Counted from the first letter of the stretch, positions 20,636 to 34,225 are shown. The stretch is 64,000 nt of DNA from Oculatellaceae cyanobacterium bins.114 (GCA_033764315.1 JANRJA010000075.1:86402-150401); one strand, 5' to 3'. The notes: generated from the sequence alone by a model not told the origin. Program-made: numbers and translations.

Positions 20636-22264
20636 TTAAGCTTTTTCAGGCTCTTGCCCAGAAACAACGGGGGCGATCGCTCGTAAATCTAGCTCAGCAT
20701 GTTCACCCTGGACTTGCTGACAGTTCCACTCATTACGGAATAGCAGTACAGGACGTCCCCAACTGTCTTTAACAGTGACCGTGTTGAACAATCGACCGAC
20801 TTTGTTGAGTGCTTCCCAACCGCCCCCAACCCATCGCGCCACACTATAGGGTAAGGGATCAAGCAGGGTTTCAACCCCATATTCATTTCTTAGCCGAAAC
20901 TGCACCACTTCAAATTGCAGTTGCCCCACAGCAGCGAGAATCGGTTCTCGTCGAGCCTCGTCAGCCGAGTACATGATTTGCACGGCTCCCTCTTCGCGCA
21001 ATTCGGTGACGCCCTTTTGAAACTGTTTGAATTTGGAAGGATTCGGGTTTCTCAAGTAAGCAAACAACTCTGGTGAGAAAGAGGGAATGCCTTCATATTC
21101 CAGTTTTTGCCCTGTGTAGATGGTGTCACCAATGGCAAACACGCCTGGGTTATTGAGACCAATGACATCTCCTGGATAAGCTTCATCTAGAGATTCGCGC
21201 CCTTGCCCAAACAGCTTTTGGGGGTGAGAAAGGCGCACCGTTTTGCCAGTGCGGGCATGACTGACTACCATGTCTTTTTCAAACTTGCCAGAGCATACCC
21301 GAATAAAAGCGACGCGATCGCGATGTTTGGGATCCATATTGGCTTGTAGTTTGAAGACAAATCCAGAGAAGTCAGGATAGGTTGGGTCGATTTCGCCCTT
21401 CGTGCTACGACGTCCCGCAGGTCTCAAGGCGTAGTCTAAAAATGCCTCTAAAAACAGCTCTACCCCAAAGTTGGTCATGGCACTGCCAAAAAACACAGGG
21501 GTCATCTTGCCAGCATGAACTAGGTCTAAGTCCAGTTCAGAGCCTGCCATTTCTAAAACTTCAAGCTCTTCCTTGAGTTGATAATAGAGGTCTTGTTCTA
21601 AGAGGTCTTCGATTCGGGGGTCGCCCAGATCAACAATGGTGTCGATCGCCTCTTTGCTGCCATGAGCAGCCCGCTCAAACAGGTGAATCTGTCGCTTGCG
21701 GCGGTCATATACTCCCTTAAAGCGATCGCCCATGCCAATCGGCCAATTAACCGCATAGGTTTGTAGCCCCAACTCTCGCTCAATTTCGTCCATCAACTCT
21801 AATGGGTCGCGTGCCGGACGATCGAGCTTGTTGAAGAAGGTAAAAATCGGCATCGACCGCATCCGGCAAACCTCAAAGAGTTTGCGGGTCTGAGGTTCTA
21901 ACCCTTTGGCAGCATCTTCTAACATGACGGCATTATCTGCCGCTGCCAGGGTGCGATAGGTGTCTTCACTAAAGTCTTGGTGCCCAGGGGTATCCAGCAA
22001 GTTGATCTGAAACCCGCTGTAATCGAACTGCAACACAGTCGAGGTAATTGAGATTCCCCGCTGTTGCTCCATTTCCATCCAGTCTGAGGTGGCATGTCGC
22101 TGTGCCCGCCGCGCTTTGACTGCCCCTGCCTCATGAATGGCACCTCCATACAGCAAGAGTTTCTCGGTCAGCGTTGTCTTTCCAGCGTCTGGGTGCGAGA
22201 TGATGGCAAAATTCCGTCGTTTTTCAACGGCTTCCTGGAGTTCAGAGTCAAGTTCGGTAAGCAT
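20636..22264 (-). CDS. prfC: peptide chain release factor 3
   Basis: [51 protein letters not shown]. Confidence 0.98.
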   Translation of the reverse strand: MLTELDSELQEAVEKRRNFAIISHPDAGKTTLTEKLLLYGGAIHEAGAVKARRAQRHATSDWMEMEQQRGISITSTVLQFDYSGFQINLLDTPGHQDFSEDTYRTLAAADNAVMLEDAAKGLEPQTRKLFEVCRMRSMPIFTFFNKLDRPARDPLELMDEIERELGLQTYAVNWPIGMGDRFKGVYDRRKRQIHLFERAAHGSKEAIDTIVDLGDPRIEDLLEQDLYYQLKEELEVLEMAGSELDLDLVHAGKMTPVFFGSAMTNFGVELFLEAFLDYALRPAGRRSTKGEIDPTYPDFSGFVFKLQANMDPKHRDRVAFIRVCSGKFEKDMVVSHARTGKTVRLSHPQKLFGQGRESLDEAYPGDVIGLNNPGVFAIGDTIYTGQKLEYEGIPSFSPELFAYLRNPNPSKFKQFQKGVTELREEGAVQIMYSADEARREPILAAVGQLQFEVVQFRLRNEYGVETLLDPLPYSVARWVGGGWEALNKVGRLFNTVTVKDSWGRPVLLFRNEWNCQQVQGEHAELDLRAIAPVVSGQEPEKA

Positions 22265-22419
22265 TCCAGATTTAGCGGTAAGTCTATTTGAGAGGCGGAG
22301 AGGCTTAATGTAGATGAGCTTAAGCAATATTTTAAGGATAACGATAAAAGCTACAAGTGTCAGAATGTTGATTGATAGCTTTAGGATTGCAATTTTGTCT
22401 GAAGGATTGAGCCAGAGAC

Positions 22420-22770
22420 ATGATGGATGATTTAGAGCAACGCAAAATCTTGTCAGTGATTAGTCATGCGGCATTACTGCTCAGTTCTACAGTGGTGGCG
22501 ATCGCGGTTCCTATTGTCATTTTGTTGATATCAACTGACCCAATCGTGCAGGTAAATGCTAGAGAGGCAATTAATTTCAGCATCAATCTGCTGATTTATG
22601 GAGTCATTCTGGTGGTGTTAGCTATCTCCCTGATTGGTCTACCTGTGGCAATTTTGTTGGGGTGTGTTTTATTTGTGGCTAGTTTGATTCTCCCTATCAT
22701 TGCCATTGTTTCGACTGCCACTAACCCTGACACCCCCTATCGCTATCCATTTATTTGGCATATTGTCTAA
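22420..22770 (+). CDS. DUF4870 (Tic20-like) membrane protein
   Basis: [13 protein letters not shown] and YRYPF motifs with three hydrophobic segments. Confidence 0.85.
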   Translation: MMDDLEQRKILSVISHAALLLSSTVVAIAVPIVILLISTDPIVQVNAREAINFSINLLIYGVILVVLAISLIGLPVAILLGCVLFVASLILPIIAIVSTATNPDTPYRYPFIWHIV

Positions 22771-23003
22771 AAAACTAGCCTCAAGAGTAGTTTGCTTCCG
22801 TTTTTGAACTACTCTATACCTGCGATCGCAATTTCTAGGCGTTATTAGAACGGCTCACGTTCCTCAATTAAATAAAGAATTAAATTAAAGCCTGACATGC
22901 CAGAGATCTCATAATTTGTAATGTTTTGAAGACGTTACATTCTCCCGCTAAATGAAAACTTCGAGTATGGTAGGCTCAAGCTTCATTTTGGTAGGAAAAG
23001 GGC

Positions 23004-24089
23004 ATGGCTAATATTGATTCAGCCCAGGCAACCCAACAAGTTTTAGAGATTGTTGATGGCTACATTCAAGCATTTCAACCACCGTTAACTCAAGCCTGCT
23101 TGACGCAAATTGTTGAGGCTGCTATTTCGCAGGCTATTCCTCAGTTAAAAGGGGTTTCGTTAAATGAAGCATCGACAGCCCTCTCGCAGACGGGACCTCA
23201 ATTAAAAGAGATGGCGTTGAGTGAGGTATCAACCGCTATTTCGCAGGCTATTCCTCAGGTAAAAGGGGTTTCGTTGAATGAAGCATCGACGGCAATTTCT
23301 CAACTTAGAGAGATTTCATTAGATGAGGCGTCGATTAAACAGAAGATTTTGCAGGAAGTGATGGCGCGGTTTAATCCGCTGGCCGCTTTGAACAAGCAGG
23401 TCACTCCAGACACCTTGAAACTAGCCTCAACGATCCATCAGCAGATTAGCAATTTTACGCCTGAGCGGGGCGTGGCAGAGGCTTTGAATGTGTTGGACGC
23501 TTACATCCAGCAATACAAACCATCCCTCATACCTGCGGCGTTGTATCCGGTGGTTAAAACCATTTTGCCTCAAATAAAAGGGCTAAAACTAAACTCAGAG
23601 AGCCTAGAGCGATTGGCAACTCAAGCTATTTTCAAGTTCAGTCCAGAACTAGTACCTACTAAGATCCTGAGTCCTCAAGCTAAGGCGATCGCCCTGCTGG
23701 TGGCTAAACAAATTCAAAACTTTCAACCTCAAGAAGCTGTGCTCGGTGTTTTGAATGTGCTGGATGCTTACATGCAGCAAACCAGAATGACTCCAACCGA
23801 GGCAACGTTATATCAAATTGCGAAGCAGGTGATTCCTCAAATGGTCAAGATGGCGATGAGTGATGACCAAAAAGCGCAATTTGCTACCCAAGTGATGTTT
23901 CAGTTTCAAAAACGCCCCGGTCCCATTAAGTCTCCTAGTCAAGCTGCAAGAGACATTGCAGCAAAGTTGGTCAACGAGGTTGAAAATCTCCGGACAACCC
24001 GTGCTAAAGACATGGGGATGCTCAATATGACTCAACCTTTGGCTGTTGGTGATCTGGAAGTCAAAAGTGCGTTTGTGATTCAGCCGTAG
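23004..24089 (+). CDS. hypothetical helical repeat protein
   Basis: 361 aa ORF with RBS; three L(N/E)(V/I)(L/V)DxYxQ-initiated repeats and a 19 aa tandem expansion. Confidence 0.75.
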   Translation: MANIDSAQATQQVLEIVDGYIQAFQPPLTQACLTQIVEAAISQAIPQLKGVSLNEASTALSQTGPQLKEMALSEVSTAISQAIPQVKGVSLNEASTAISQLREISLDEASIKQKILQEVMARFNPLAALNKQVTPDTLKLASTIHQQISNFTPERGVAEALNVLDAYIQQYKPSLIPAALYPVVKTILPQIKGLKLNSESLERLATQAIFKFSPELVPTKILSPQAKAIALLVAKQIQNFQPQEAVLGVLNVLDAYMQQTRMTPTEATLYQIAKQVIPQMVKMAMSDDQKAQFATQVMFQFQKRPGPIKSPSQAARDIAAKLVNEVENLRTTRAKDMGMLNMTQPLAVGDLEVKSAFVIQP

Positions 24090-24222
24090 TTAAAGGGAGT
24101 GGGGAGTAGGGAATAAGGGGGTGGAAACGTAAGACTTTAGAGATGCTGATGCGTGGCTAGATAGCCGTCCATACAACAGTCACATCTTTTGTGTCTACAA
24201 ATAGAGGCAAGCTAAAGAAGGT

Positions 24223-24930
24223 ATGGAAACTTCTCAAAACCCAATTTCACAGAAACGCGGCTGTGAACTAGGCGATATTTGGAGCTATTCGGTTGATTTT
24301 GAAATTATTTTGGTTAGGGCAGACATCGAACAGGTTAACTTTGCCCTTGCTGAGATTTTTAATGGGCTGATTGAAGCTGACATTGATATACAGGAGTCAG
24401 GGGACAAACTACACGCTCTAGTCTTTCAATTTCAAGGGCACTCTTGGACTTCGTTTCTGTTTTTTACCCATCGCGATAATCTTGCTCAGAAGGTGTCAGA
24501 GCATCTAAAAACTAAATGTATTCATTTTGGATATGGTGATACGACAGGTTGGGCTGAGTACACCCTTTATCAGATAGGAGAACGAGCTGAAGCATACGCT
24601 TTTGGTACTAATTACAGCGAAGAAGAAGTGCCAGAATGGGCACAAGATACGGACGGTTTTCAAGATGAACCTGTCCATGAATTTAATCGTTCCTGGAATC
24701 TCATTGTGACCACTTCAGATGAGTCTACTAGACACAAATTCTTCAGCGTCAAACGAAGAGCCACTAGCACAGAAATTCAAAACCCTGACCAGTTTTTAGA
24801 TACTCTCTTTAAGGAGCAGGATGCGTGGTTGCCAACTTTGAAATATTGGTTTTCGCCTGAATTTGATCCTGAACCTGACTCTAAATTATTTTTGCAAGTT
24901 AGTAAAATTGCTTACAAAGCAATTATTTGA
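24223..24930 (+). CDS. hypothetical acidic protein
   Basis: 235 aa ATG-started ORF; no recognised motif. Confidence 0.65.
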   Translation: METSQNPISQKRGCELGDIWSYSVDFEIILVRADIEQVNFALAEIFNGLIEADIDIQESGDKLHALVFQFQGHSWTSFLFFTHRDNLAQKVSEHLKTKCIHFGYGDTTGWAEYTLYQIGERAEAYAFGTNYSEEEVPEWAQDTDGFQDEPVHEFNRSWNLIVTTSDESTRHKFFSVKRRATSTEIQNPDQFLDTLFKEQDAWLPTLKYWFSPEFDPEPDSKLFLQVSKIAYKAII

Positions 24931-25040
24931 GCGTAAGGCTCAATAATTGTGATTGATATTGTGATTGATATCTGTTGAGGCGATCGCCCCAGGAAGAAGT
25001 GCTTCATGTCGCCCCCTGAAACGCTACACTCAGGAGTGCG

Positions 25041-26267
25041 ATGATTGCGACTCCTCTAGATTCTATGCCAGATTCTCAAGCGGTTAGTGCGGCTGTTGCC
25101 CGACTCTACGATACCTATCCGTTTCCACCAGAGCCGTTGCTGGATGAACCTCCTCCAGGTTACAACTGGCGGTGGAATTGGGTCGCAGCCTATCATTTTT
25201 GTACTGGACAAAAACCAACCCGTGAAGATATTCGGATCTTGGATGCGGGCTGTGGCACCGGGGTTGGCACTGAATATCTGGTTCACCTCAATCCGCTGGC
25301 TGATGTCGTTGGGATTGACCTCAGTGCGGGGGCATTGGCCGTTGCCGCAGAACGCTGTCAACGGTCAGGGGCAAATCGAGTTCAGTTTCATCACCTCAGT
25401 CTCTACGATGTCGAGCAAGTTCATGGCACCTTTGACCTGATTAACTGTGTCGGTGTGTTGCATCATTTGCCCGATCCGATTCGTGGTATTCAAGCATTGG
25501 CTCCCAAGCTTGCACCAGGTGGCTTGATGCATATCTTTGTCTACGCCGAGTTGGGGCGTTGGGAGATTCAACTGATGCAGCAGGCGATCGCCCTCCTTCA
25601 GGGTGATCAACGGGGAGATTATCGTCAGGGTGTCAAAATTGGACGAGAAATTTTTGCGTCGCTGCCGCCAGATAATCGATTGGTAAAACGTGAACAGGAA
25701 CGGTGGTCGCTAGAAAATCAGCGAGACGAGTGCTTTGCTGATATGTATGTGCATCCTCAGGAGACGGACTATAACATCAATACCTTATTTGACTTTATTG
25801 ATGCCTCTGGTTTGGAGTTCATTGGTTTTTCCAATCCGCGTGTATGGGATCTGGAACGATTGATTGGCAAATCACCAGAGTTGATGGCACAGGCCCAAGG
25901 GTTGAGCGATCGCCAACGCTATCGGTTGATTGAGTTGCTCGATCCCTCTGCTGTGACCCATTATGAGTTTTTTCTAGGACGCCAGCCTTTACCCAAAGCT
26001 GATTGGTCATCGGATGAGGCACTTTTGAACGCTATTCCAGAGCGGCACCCTTGCATGGACGGGTGGGATAGCCGTTGTCTATTTAACGACGACTATCAAC
26101 TTGTCAACCTGACTGAAATCGAGTGGCAGTTTCTCAAAGCCTGTGACCAAAATCAGGCAAAGTATACCGTGCAAGAAATTTTCCTGGATGTGCCGCTGGG
26201 GTTAGAAGGAGTGCGATCGCTCCTCAAACAACACCTGATTGTGTTGACTCCAACAAAAAATAATTGA
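25041..26267 (+). CDS. class I SAM-dependent methyltransferase
   Basis: ILDAGCGTG and CVGVLHHLPDP motifs. Confidence 0.9.
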   Translation: MIATPLDSMPDSQAVSAAVARLYDTYPFPPEPLLDEPPPGYNWRWNWVAAYHFCTGQKPTREDIRILDAGCGTGVGTEYLVHLNPLADVVGIDLSAGALAVAAERCQRSGANRVQFHHLSLYDVEQVHGTFDLINCVGVLHHLPDPIRGIQALAPKLAPGGLMHIFVYAELGRWEIQLMQQAIALLQGDQRGDYRQGVKIGREIFASLPPDNRLVKREQERWSLENQRDECFADMYVHPQETDYNINTLFDFIDASGLEFIGFSNPRVWDLERLIGKSPELMAQAQGLSDRQRYRLIELLDPSAVTHYEFFLGRQPLPKADWSSDEALLNAIPERHPCMDGWDSRCLFNDDYQLVNLTEIEWQFLKACDQNQAKYTVQEIFLDVPLGLEGVRSLLKQHLIVLTPTKNN

Positions 26268-26388
26268 ATTTCTTCAAATTCAATGTCGTTAAGTATTGTT
26301 ACCTGTCAGTGATATGATCATCATGGCTAATCAAGAACAGCCAACGGTTCATCAACAACAGCCAACACTCTGGACAGGTTCTAAATCT

Positions 26389-26835
26389 GTGAACTCACCA
26401 GAATCTCCTCTCGAAACTACTCCGACTGCGGAAGTGGAAGTATCTGAATCTGGCACCTCTTTGCCAGAGGCCGATCCATCTATGCAGGAATATCACAAGC
26501 TTCAGGACGATTTACTGAAAGCTACCCTTGTCATGACTGGGGTCGTCTTCATTTCTGTTTGGCTTTTTTATTCCTTAAACATTGCTCTGAATTATCTGAT
26601 TGGAGCGTGCACAGGTGTGGTTTACTTGAGAATGTTGGCTAGGAATGTAGAGCGGCTGGGTAGGGAACAGCAAAGTCTGAGTAAAGCCCGACTTGCCCTA
26701 TTGATTGGAGTTATTTTAGTCGCATCCCGTTGGGATCAGCTTAAAATCATGCCAATTTTTTTAGGATTCCTCACCTATAAGGCTGCTGTCATCTTCTACA
26801 TGCTACGAACTGCTCTATTGCCTGATTCCAATTAG
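26389..26835 (+). CDS. atp1: ATP synthase protein I (Atp1/UncI)
   Basis: First gene of the atp cluster; YLRMLAR.VE.LG and GFLTYKAA motifs; start codon uncertain. Confidence 0.9.
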   Translation: MNSPESPLETTPTAEVEVSESGTSLPEADPSMQEYHKLQDDLLKATLVMTGVVFISVWLFYSLNIALNYLIGACTGVVYLRMLARNVERLGREQQSLSKARLALLIGVILVASRWDQLKIMPIFLGFLTYKAAVIFYMLRTALLPDSN

Positions 26836-26884
26836 ATTCAGGTTATCCTAGCACTCTTTCAAGATTCTGGGGAAACCTTCTCGC

Positions 26885-27649
26885 ATGGAAATGTTGAATG
26901 TTTTAAATGCTGTCAACGCCCTGCCCCTAGCTGAGTTAGAGGTTGGTAAGCACTTTTACTGGGAGATTGGCAACCTTAAACTGCACGGGCAAGTGTTTCT
27001 CACAGCCTGGTTTGCGATTGGGTTGCTATTGGTCGCCTCTATCTTAGCGACTCGAAATATTCAGCGTGTCCCCTCAGGAGCTCAAAACTTGATGGAGTAC
27101 GCGCTGGAGTTTATCCGCGACCTGGCAAAGACCAATATCGGCGAAAAAGACTACCGACCCTGGGTTCCTTTTATTGGAACACTGTTCTTGTTTATTTTCG
27201 TGTCTAACTGGTCAGGAGCTTTAGTGCCTTGGCGTCTGATCAAACTCCCTGAAGGAGAATTGGCAGCACCAACGAGTGATATCAATACGACAGTGGCGTT
27301 GGCACTACTGACTTCTCTGGCATATTTTTATGCCGGTTTTAGCAAGAAAGGATTGGGATATTTTGGCAATTATGTCCAACCCGTTGCTTTCATGCTTCCC
27401 TTTAAAATCATTGAAGATTTTACCAAGCCCCTCTCACTAAGTTTCCGTTTATTTGGAAACATTTTGGCTGATGAATTAGTGGTTGGGGTACTTGTTCTTC
27501 TAGTTCCTTTGTTTGTCCCGCTGCCAGTAATGGCACTCGGTTTATTTACCAGTGCAATTCAGGCGTTGATCTTTGCAACTTTGGCGGCGGCTTACATCGG
27601 TGAAGCGATGGAAGAACATCATGGCGAAGAGCATGAGGAACACCATTAA
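26885..27649 (+). CDS. atpB: ATP synthase F0 subunit a
   Basis: [26 protein letters not shown]. Confidence 0.98.
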   Translation: MEMLNVLNAVNALPLAELEVGKHFYWEIGNLKLHGQVFLTAWFAIGLLLVASILATRNIQRVPSGAQNLMEYALEFIRDLAKTNIGEKDYRPWVPFIGTLFLFIFVSNWSGALVPWRLIKLPEGELAAPTSDINTTVALALLTSLAYFYAGFSKKGLGYFGNYVQPVAFMLPFKIIEDFTKPLSLSFRLFGNILADELVVGVLVLLVPLFVPLPVMALGLFTSAIQALIFATLAAAYIGEAMEEHHGEEHEEHH

Positions 27650-27761
27650 GTGTCCCTCAGTGGGGTGAATGTTAGGCATCCCCCAGGTTTCTAAAGAGGT
27701 TCAGAGTTTATTTGTTGTCTTCTCAGACAGCGGTGAGTCTGGAACTCGGTTAAGCGTGTGA

Positions 27762-28070
<309 letters not shown>

Positions 28071-28186
28071 GTCCGGGTTCTTCTGTAGAGGCGTTCCATT
28101 GGAACGTCTCTGCCCTATGAGTTGTAAGGATTAAATTTTGGTGTCTTGTCATTGTCACCCCGCATGGAAGTAGGGGTTAATTCACT

Positions 28187-28678
28187 ATGATTCATTGGAC
28201 GATCTTGCTAGCTGCTGAGACTGCTGCCGAAGAGGGCGGGGGTGGGTTGTTTGATCTGGATGCGACGTTGCCCTTAATGGCGCTCCAATTCCTCATCTTG
28301 GTTGTGCTCTTAAACATTGTTTTCTACAAACCACTGGGCAAGGCATTGGACGATCGCGACAACTACATTCGGACTAATCTGACGGATGCACGTGAGCGGT
28401 TGTCAAAAGCAGAGAATTTAGCAAAGCAATATGAGCAAGAATTGACTGAGACTCGTCGGCAGTCTCAAGCGGTTATTGCGACAGCACAGGAAGACGCTAA
28501 AAAAATAGCGGCCGATAAAATGGCTGAGGCTCAGCGAGAGGCACAAGCTCAGCGAGAGCAGGCTCAGCAAGAGCTAGAGCAGCAAAAGCAAGAGGCGATG
28601 CGATCGCTTGAGCAACAGGTAGAATCCCTCAGCCGTCAAATTCTTGACAAGCTGTTGGGGGGTGTCTCTATTGGGTAG
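28187..28678 (+). CDS. ATP synthase F0 subunit b'
   Basis: [17 protein letters not shown] followed by a coiled coil; position in operon. Confidence 0.96.
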   Translation: MIHWTILLAAETAAEEGGGGLFDLDATLPLMALQFLILVVLLNIVFYKPLGKALDDRDNYIRTNLTDARERLSKAENLAKQYEQELTETRRQSQAVIATAQEDAKKIAADKMAEAQREAQAQREQAQQELEQQKQEAMRSLEQQVESLSRQILDKLLGGVSIG

Positions 28679-28734
28679 ACCGATGAACCCCGTCGAAGGT
28701 TAGCAATCATCCAGCGCAGTTAGAGAAAGAAGTC

Positions 28735-29289
28735 ATGGAGACAGTGTTATTACTAGCCGTAGAAGCCGCCGCTGATTTTTCAGAAGCAGCTGAAGGAGGC
28801 GGTTTCGGAATCAATTCCGATATTCTTGAAACCAACCTGATCAATCTTCTGATTATTATCGGTGTTTTAGTTTATTTCGGTCGTGGTTTCTTGGGCAAAA
28901 CTCTGGGCGATCGCCGAGCCAAAATTGAATCTGCGATTGAAGATGCCGAGAAACGCAAAAAAGAAGCTGCGGCTGCATTAGCTGATCAGCAACAAAAGTT
29001 GGCTCAAGCCCAAGCTGAGGCAAATCGCATTCGAGCCGCTGCAGAAGAGAGTGCTAAGGCTGCAAGAGCCGCTATTTTAGCTCAAGCCGAACAAGACATT
29101 GAACGGATGAAAGCCACTGCGGCGCAAGACTTAAGTTCGCAACAAGAGCGTGTTATCCGTGAGTTGCGCCAGCGAGTGGTGGCATTAGCTATGCAGCAGG
29201 TTGAGCAGCGATTGCAATCAGGCTTAAGTTCTGATGCTCAACAGCAGTTAATCGAGCGGAGTATGGCAATGTTAGGAGGAGTCCGATGA
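28735..29289 (+). CDS. atpF: ATP synthase F0 subunit b
   Basis: GFGINSDILETNLINL followed by a coiled coil. Confidence 0.96.
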   Translation: METVLLLAVEAAADFSEAAEGGGFGINSDILETNLINLLIIIGVLVYFGRGFLGKTLGDRRAKIESAIEDAEKRKKEAAAALADQQQKLAQAQAEANRIRAAAEESAKAARAAILAQAEQDIERMKATAAQDLSSQQERVIRELRQRVVALAMQQVEQRLQSGLSSDAQQQLIERSMAMLGGVR

Positions 29290-29843
29290 GCGATAATCTA
29301 GTGGCTTCTCAGATTTTAGAACCCTATGCCAAAGCATTGATGTCCGTCGCTCAATCTAACGACTTGGTTGACCGATTTGGGGAAGATGTCAATTTTCTGT
29401 TGGACTTGCTGAAACAGTCCTCAGAACTTGGAGATTTCCTGGCAAATCCGCTACTCAGCGCAGACGCCAAGAAGAGTGTGTTGACTCAACTGGCATCTGA
29501 AACAGTTCACCCCTTTGCGATGAACTTTTTGCGGGTCTTGGTTGATCGCCGCCGCATTGCTTTTCTGGGTGGAGTTTGTCAACAATATCAAGCACTGTTG
29601 CGTCAGTTGAGGCAGACAGTGCTGGCAGATGTCACATCAGCGGTTGAACTCAACGATAGTCAAAAAGAATCCATTCGACACAAGGTGGTCGAGTTAACGG
29701 GTGCTCAACGAGTTGAGTTGGATACACGCATTGATCCAAATTTAATTGGTGGTGTGATTATTAAAGTTGGTTCTCAGGTGATTGATGCGAGTTTGCGCGG
29801 TCAGTTGCGGCGCATTGGCATTCGCTTGAACAGCGCAGCCTGA
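29286..29843 (+). CDS. atpH: ATP synthase F1 subunit delta
   Basis: EPYAKAL, LIGGVIIKVGSQVIDASLRGQL. Confidence 0.97.
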   Translation: MSDNLVASQILEPYAKALMSVAQSNDLVDRFGEDVNFLLDLLKQSSELGDFLANPLLSADAKKSVLTQLASETVHPFAMNFLRVLVDRRRIAFLGGVCQQYQALLRQLRQTVLADVTSAVELNDSQKESIRHKVVELTGAQRVELDTRIDPNLIGGVIIKVGSQVIDASLRGQLRRIGIRLNSAA

Positions 29844-29856
29844 CGTTTTAAGTTAA

Positions 29857-31434
<1,578 letters not shown>

Positions 31435-31506
31435 CAGTGTCCTTTGTGGGGGCATGGCGGTGCCATGCCCCTGACAGCAGATTAATCTCTTACTTCCCAC
31501 AGCACT

Positions 31507-32457
31507 ATGGCTAACTTAAAAGCAATTCGCGATCGCATTCAGTCGGTCAAGAATACTAAGAAAATTACAGAAGCAATGCGCTTGGTAGCGGCTGCAAAAG
31601 TGCGTCGTGCTCAAGAGCAAGTCACTGCTACTCGACCTTTTGCCGATCGACTGGCACAGGTGCTCTATAGCTTGCAAACCCGTCTGCGGTTTGAAGATGC
31701 TGACTTGCCTCTGTTAAAGAAGCGAGATGTGCAAACGGTTGGTATTTTGGTAATTTCGGGCGATCGCGGCTTGTGCGGTGGCTATAATTCCAACGTGATT
31801 CGGCGAGCTGAAGCACGGGCTAAAGAGCTGAAAGCTGAAGGTCTAGATTATCAGTTTGTCCTCGTCGGCCGAAAGGCAACTCAATACTTCCAACGGCGCG
31901 AGCAACCTGTCAGCGCGACTTTTACTGGGCTAGAGCAAGTACCGACTGCCGCTGAGGCGTCCAAAATTGCTGATGAGCTGCTTTCTTTGTTTTTGTCAGA
32001 GACAGTCGATCGCGTGGAATTGGTTTACACCAAATTTGTCTCGCTGGTGAGTTCTCGTCCTGTTATTCAGACTCTGCTACCGCTTGACCCACAGGGAATG
32101 GAACCCAAGGATGATGAAATCTTCCGCCTCACATCTCGTGGCGGTGATTTTCAAGTCGAACGGCAACGGGTTACAAGCACTGTGCAAAATACCTTGCCTC
32201 AAGACATGATTTTTGAGCAAGACCCTGTGCAAATTTTGGATGCGTTGTTGCCGCTTTACCTGAATAACCAGCTTCTGCGGGCACTTCAGGAATCAGCCGC
32301 CAGTGAACTTGCTGCCCGGATGACAGCCATGAATAACGCCAGTGACAACGCTAAAGATTTAATTAGCACGTTGACACTGTCTTACAACAAGGCACGTCAG
32401 GCAGCCATTACTCAAGAAATTCTTGAGGTGGTTGGTGGTGCAAACGCCCTGAAATAA
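31507..32457 (+). CDS. atpG: ATP synthase F1 subunit gamma (cyanobacterial atpC)
   Basis: [36 protein letters not shown]. Confidence 0.99.
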   Translation: MANLKAIRDRIQSVKNTKKITEAMRLVAAAKVRRAQEQVTATRPFADRLAQVLYSLQTRLRFEDADLPLLKKRDVQTVGILVISGDRGLCGGYNSNVIRRAEARAKELKAEGLDYQFVLVGRKATQYFQRREQPVSATFTGLEQVPTAAEASKIADELLSLFLSETVDRVELVYTKFVSLVSSRPVIQTLLPLDPQGMEPKDDEIFRLTSRGGDFQVERQRVTSTVQNTLPQDMIFEQDPVQILDALLPLYLNNQLLRALQESAASELAARMTAMNNASDNAKDLISTLTLSYNKARQAAITQEILEVVGGANALK

Positions 32458-32482
32458 AACTTGCAGCAAGTATTAACTTGAA

Positions 32483-32528
32483 GAACCCTGGAAAAGCCCT
32501 TGTTTGAGGCTTGCCGGGGTTTTTGTTT
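32483..32528 (+). terminator. intrinsic terminator of the atp operon
   Basis: AACCCTGG..AAGCC...GGCTT.CCGGGGTT followed by a T-run. Confidence 0.65.
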
Positions 32529-32640
32529 GAGGATTGAAAAGATTGTTCAATGCCCATTACCCACTCAACCCCTTATAGATAACCTTTCGGCAGTTGGTGT
32601 GCATGGGCATATTGGTAGACTGTACTTACTGAGTCTCACC

Positions 32641-33030
32641 TCAGAGTAGATAAGAAGCCTTGGATTGAAACAACTCTACAACTTGGTTGTCTGAAAGTTC
32701 AGTTCCCTCCCAAACCCGCACATCGAAAGAATTCGCTGAAGCAGCAAGTTCCCAAAAGAGCCGTTTTTCAACAGGGCTTAATCCTCCTTCAGTATACGCA
32801 AGCGGGTGCACAACAACTTTGGGAGCAACCCATCTCTGTTTTCCTAAATTAACTTGTTTAATTGCAGTCTTAGTTACTGCCAAGGCGGAGGCAAAATTTC
32901 CAATCAAAAGCCTTTCAGTAGTAAAAGGCTCATCCGCATTTAGCTCCACTACTGTCTGTCCTTCTAACTGTTTAGCCCATACCTTATTTATTTTGATCTT
33001 GAGATAAACATGAGCATGTTTGAAGAGCAT
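32641..33030 (-). CDS. small YjaA-like / MreB N-terminal-like protein
   Basis: PFTTERLLIGNF, PKVVVHPL..EGGLSPVEKR...ELA and VWEG.ELSD motifs. Confidence 0.6.
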   Translation of the reverse strand: MLFKHAHVYLKIKINKVWAKQLEGQTVVELNADEPFTTERLLIGNFASALAVTKTAIKQVNLGKQRWVAPKVVVHPLAYTEGGLSPVEKRLFWELAASANSFDVRVWEGTELSDNQVVELFQSKASYLL

Positions 33031-33485
33031 ACCTATTTTCCAACTTGCCTTTACTGCCTCATACAGATTGCCCTGAGAATGAAGCGGTTTAACAATCGCG
33101 ATCGCCGATGACAAATCATATTGGAACGAAGCTAGTGATTTCCAATCCGTCTGGATACGCGAGGGGGAGCTGGCGATCGCCTTGACCCCACCTATACATA
33201 GCCAGAACCCTTTAGAATTCCTTCCTAGATACCTAGAGGGTTTTTAATTTGGGATTAGGGTGAGTGCTCTCATCAACCCCCTCAAAATACAGTCTCACCC
33301 AAAAACTGATGTGAACCTGTCCTCAGCTGTTGCCAGATATGACTTCAGTGATATTTTGACCCAAGATTGTGCCTTATAAGACTCAAATCAGCAGCATTAG
33401 ATAACCTCAAAATCAGCACGAATGGCTAGCATCTGGCTCAGGACATATGTTGTACTGCGCCAAGATTGATTGCTCTCCTCCTCAA

Positions 33486-33980
33486 CTAGCTTTCGTTGAC
33501 TATATTCAAAATTTGGTTGTATAGAGCTGAAGATACTCGAAACTCTGAGGTGGCAATCAAAGCATCCATCAGAGGTTTCACAGCCACAATGAGATTTTTC
33601 CGTTTTGCCTCAACCAAAATACCCAGTAGCCCAGTGATTTTGATTCCCAAGCGGTCAGCCTCTACTCTGCCACGACGCTCATCAATTAGCAGTAGATCTG
33701 CTCCGATTTCCAAAGCTAACGCAATTGCTTCAGACTCTCCAGGATCTAATTTCACCTCGCTTTGAAGGCGTTCAACCACCTTACGGTTCGCAATTAATTT
33801 GACCTCTAACCAAGCAGCTGTTTGGACTTCGACACCTCCTGGAACGGGTGGATCGATGTCTACAAGTTCACGATAGATTGCCTCTGGAATGATGACTTGC
33901 CCATACAGGAGAGGCAGGAGCTTTAACTGGTCTATTGCGGCCAGATTTGTGATTGCTGATGTGTCGCTAATGACAATCAC
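33486..33980 (-). CDS. PIN-domain DUF3368 family protein (putative toxin)
   Basis: VISDTS, LDPGESEAIALA, LLLIDERRGR, GLLGIL. Confidence 0.9.
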   Translation of the reverse strand: MIVISDTSAITNLAAIDQLKLLPLLYGQVIIPEAIYRELVDIDPPVPGGVEVQTAAWLEVKLIANRKVVERLQSEVKLDPGESEAIALALEIGADLLLIDERRGRVEADRLGIKITGLLGILVEAKRKNLIVAVKPLMDALIATSEFRVSSALYNQILNIVNES

Positions 33981-34225
33981 AATCGCCCCAATTCCTGTAA
34001 GTTCTTCAAGTCCAACTCAAAATCTTCAACATCATAGGAATACAGTGCGATTTTACGCTGCTTTAAGAGTTGGCGAAAAGCATTAAGTGGCATGTCTGCT
34101 AAACGACTCGCATAACCAAGCGTCAAACGACCCGTTTGAAACAGATATATGGCAATTTCCTGGCGAAACTCGCTTGGTGTAAGTTGAGAGGCTTGCAGAA
34201 TTTCATCTGAGATGACAACACTCAT
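33977..34225 (-). CDS. UPF0175 family protein (putative antitoxin)
   Basis: EIAIYLFQTGRLTLGYASRLA, F..LLKQRKI; 4 nt overlap with the PIN gene. Confidence 0.88.
   Translation of the reverse strand: MSVVISDEILQASQLTPSEFRQEIAIYLFQTGRLTLGYASRLADMPLNAFRQLLKQRKIALYSYDVEDFELDLKNLQELGRL

Noticed and set aside
31507..32457. Insertion in ATP synthase gamma and absence of beta/epsilon genes
   Set aside because: Normal for cyanobacteria: gamma carries this loop and the beta/epsilon genes form a separate operon
33240..33480. Possible IS end or gene remnant downstream of the PIN gene
   Set aside because: No second copy, inverted partner or recognisable reading frame visible in the window
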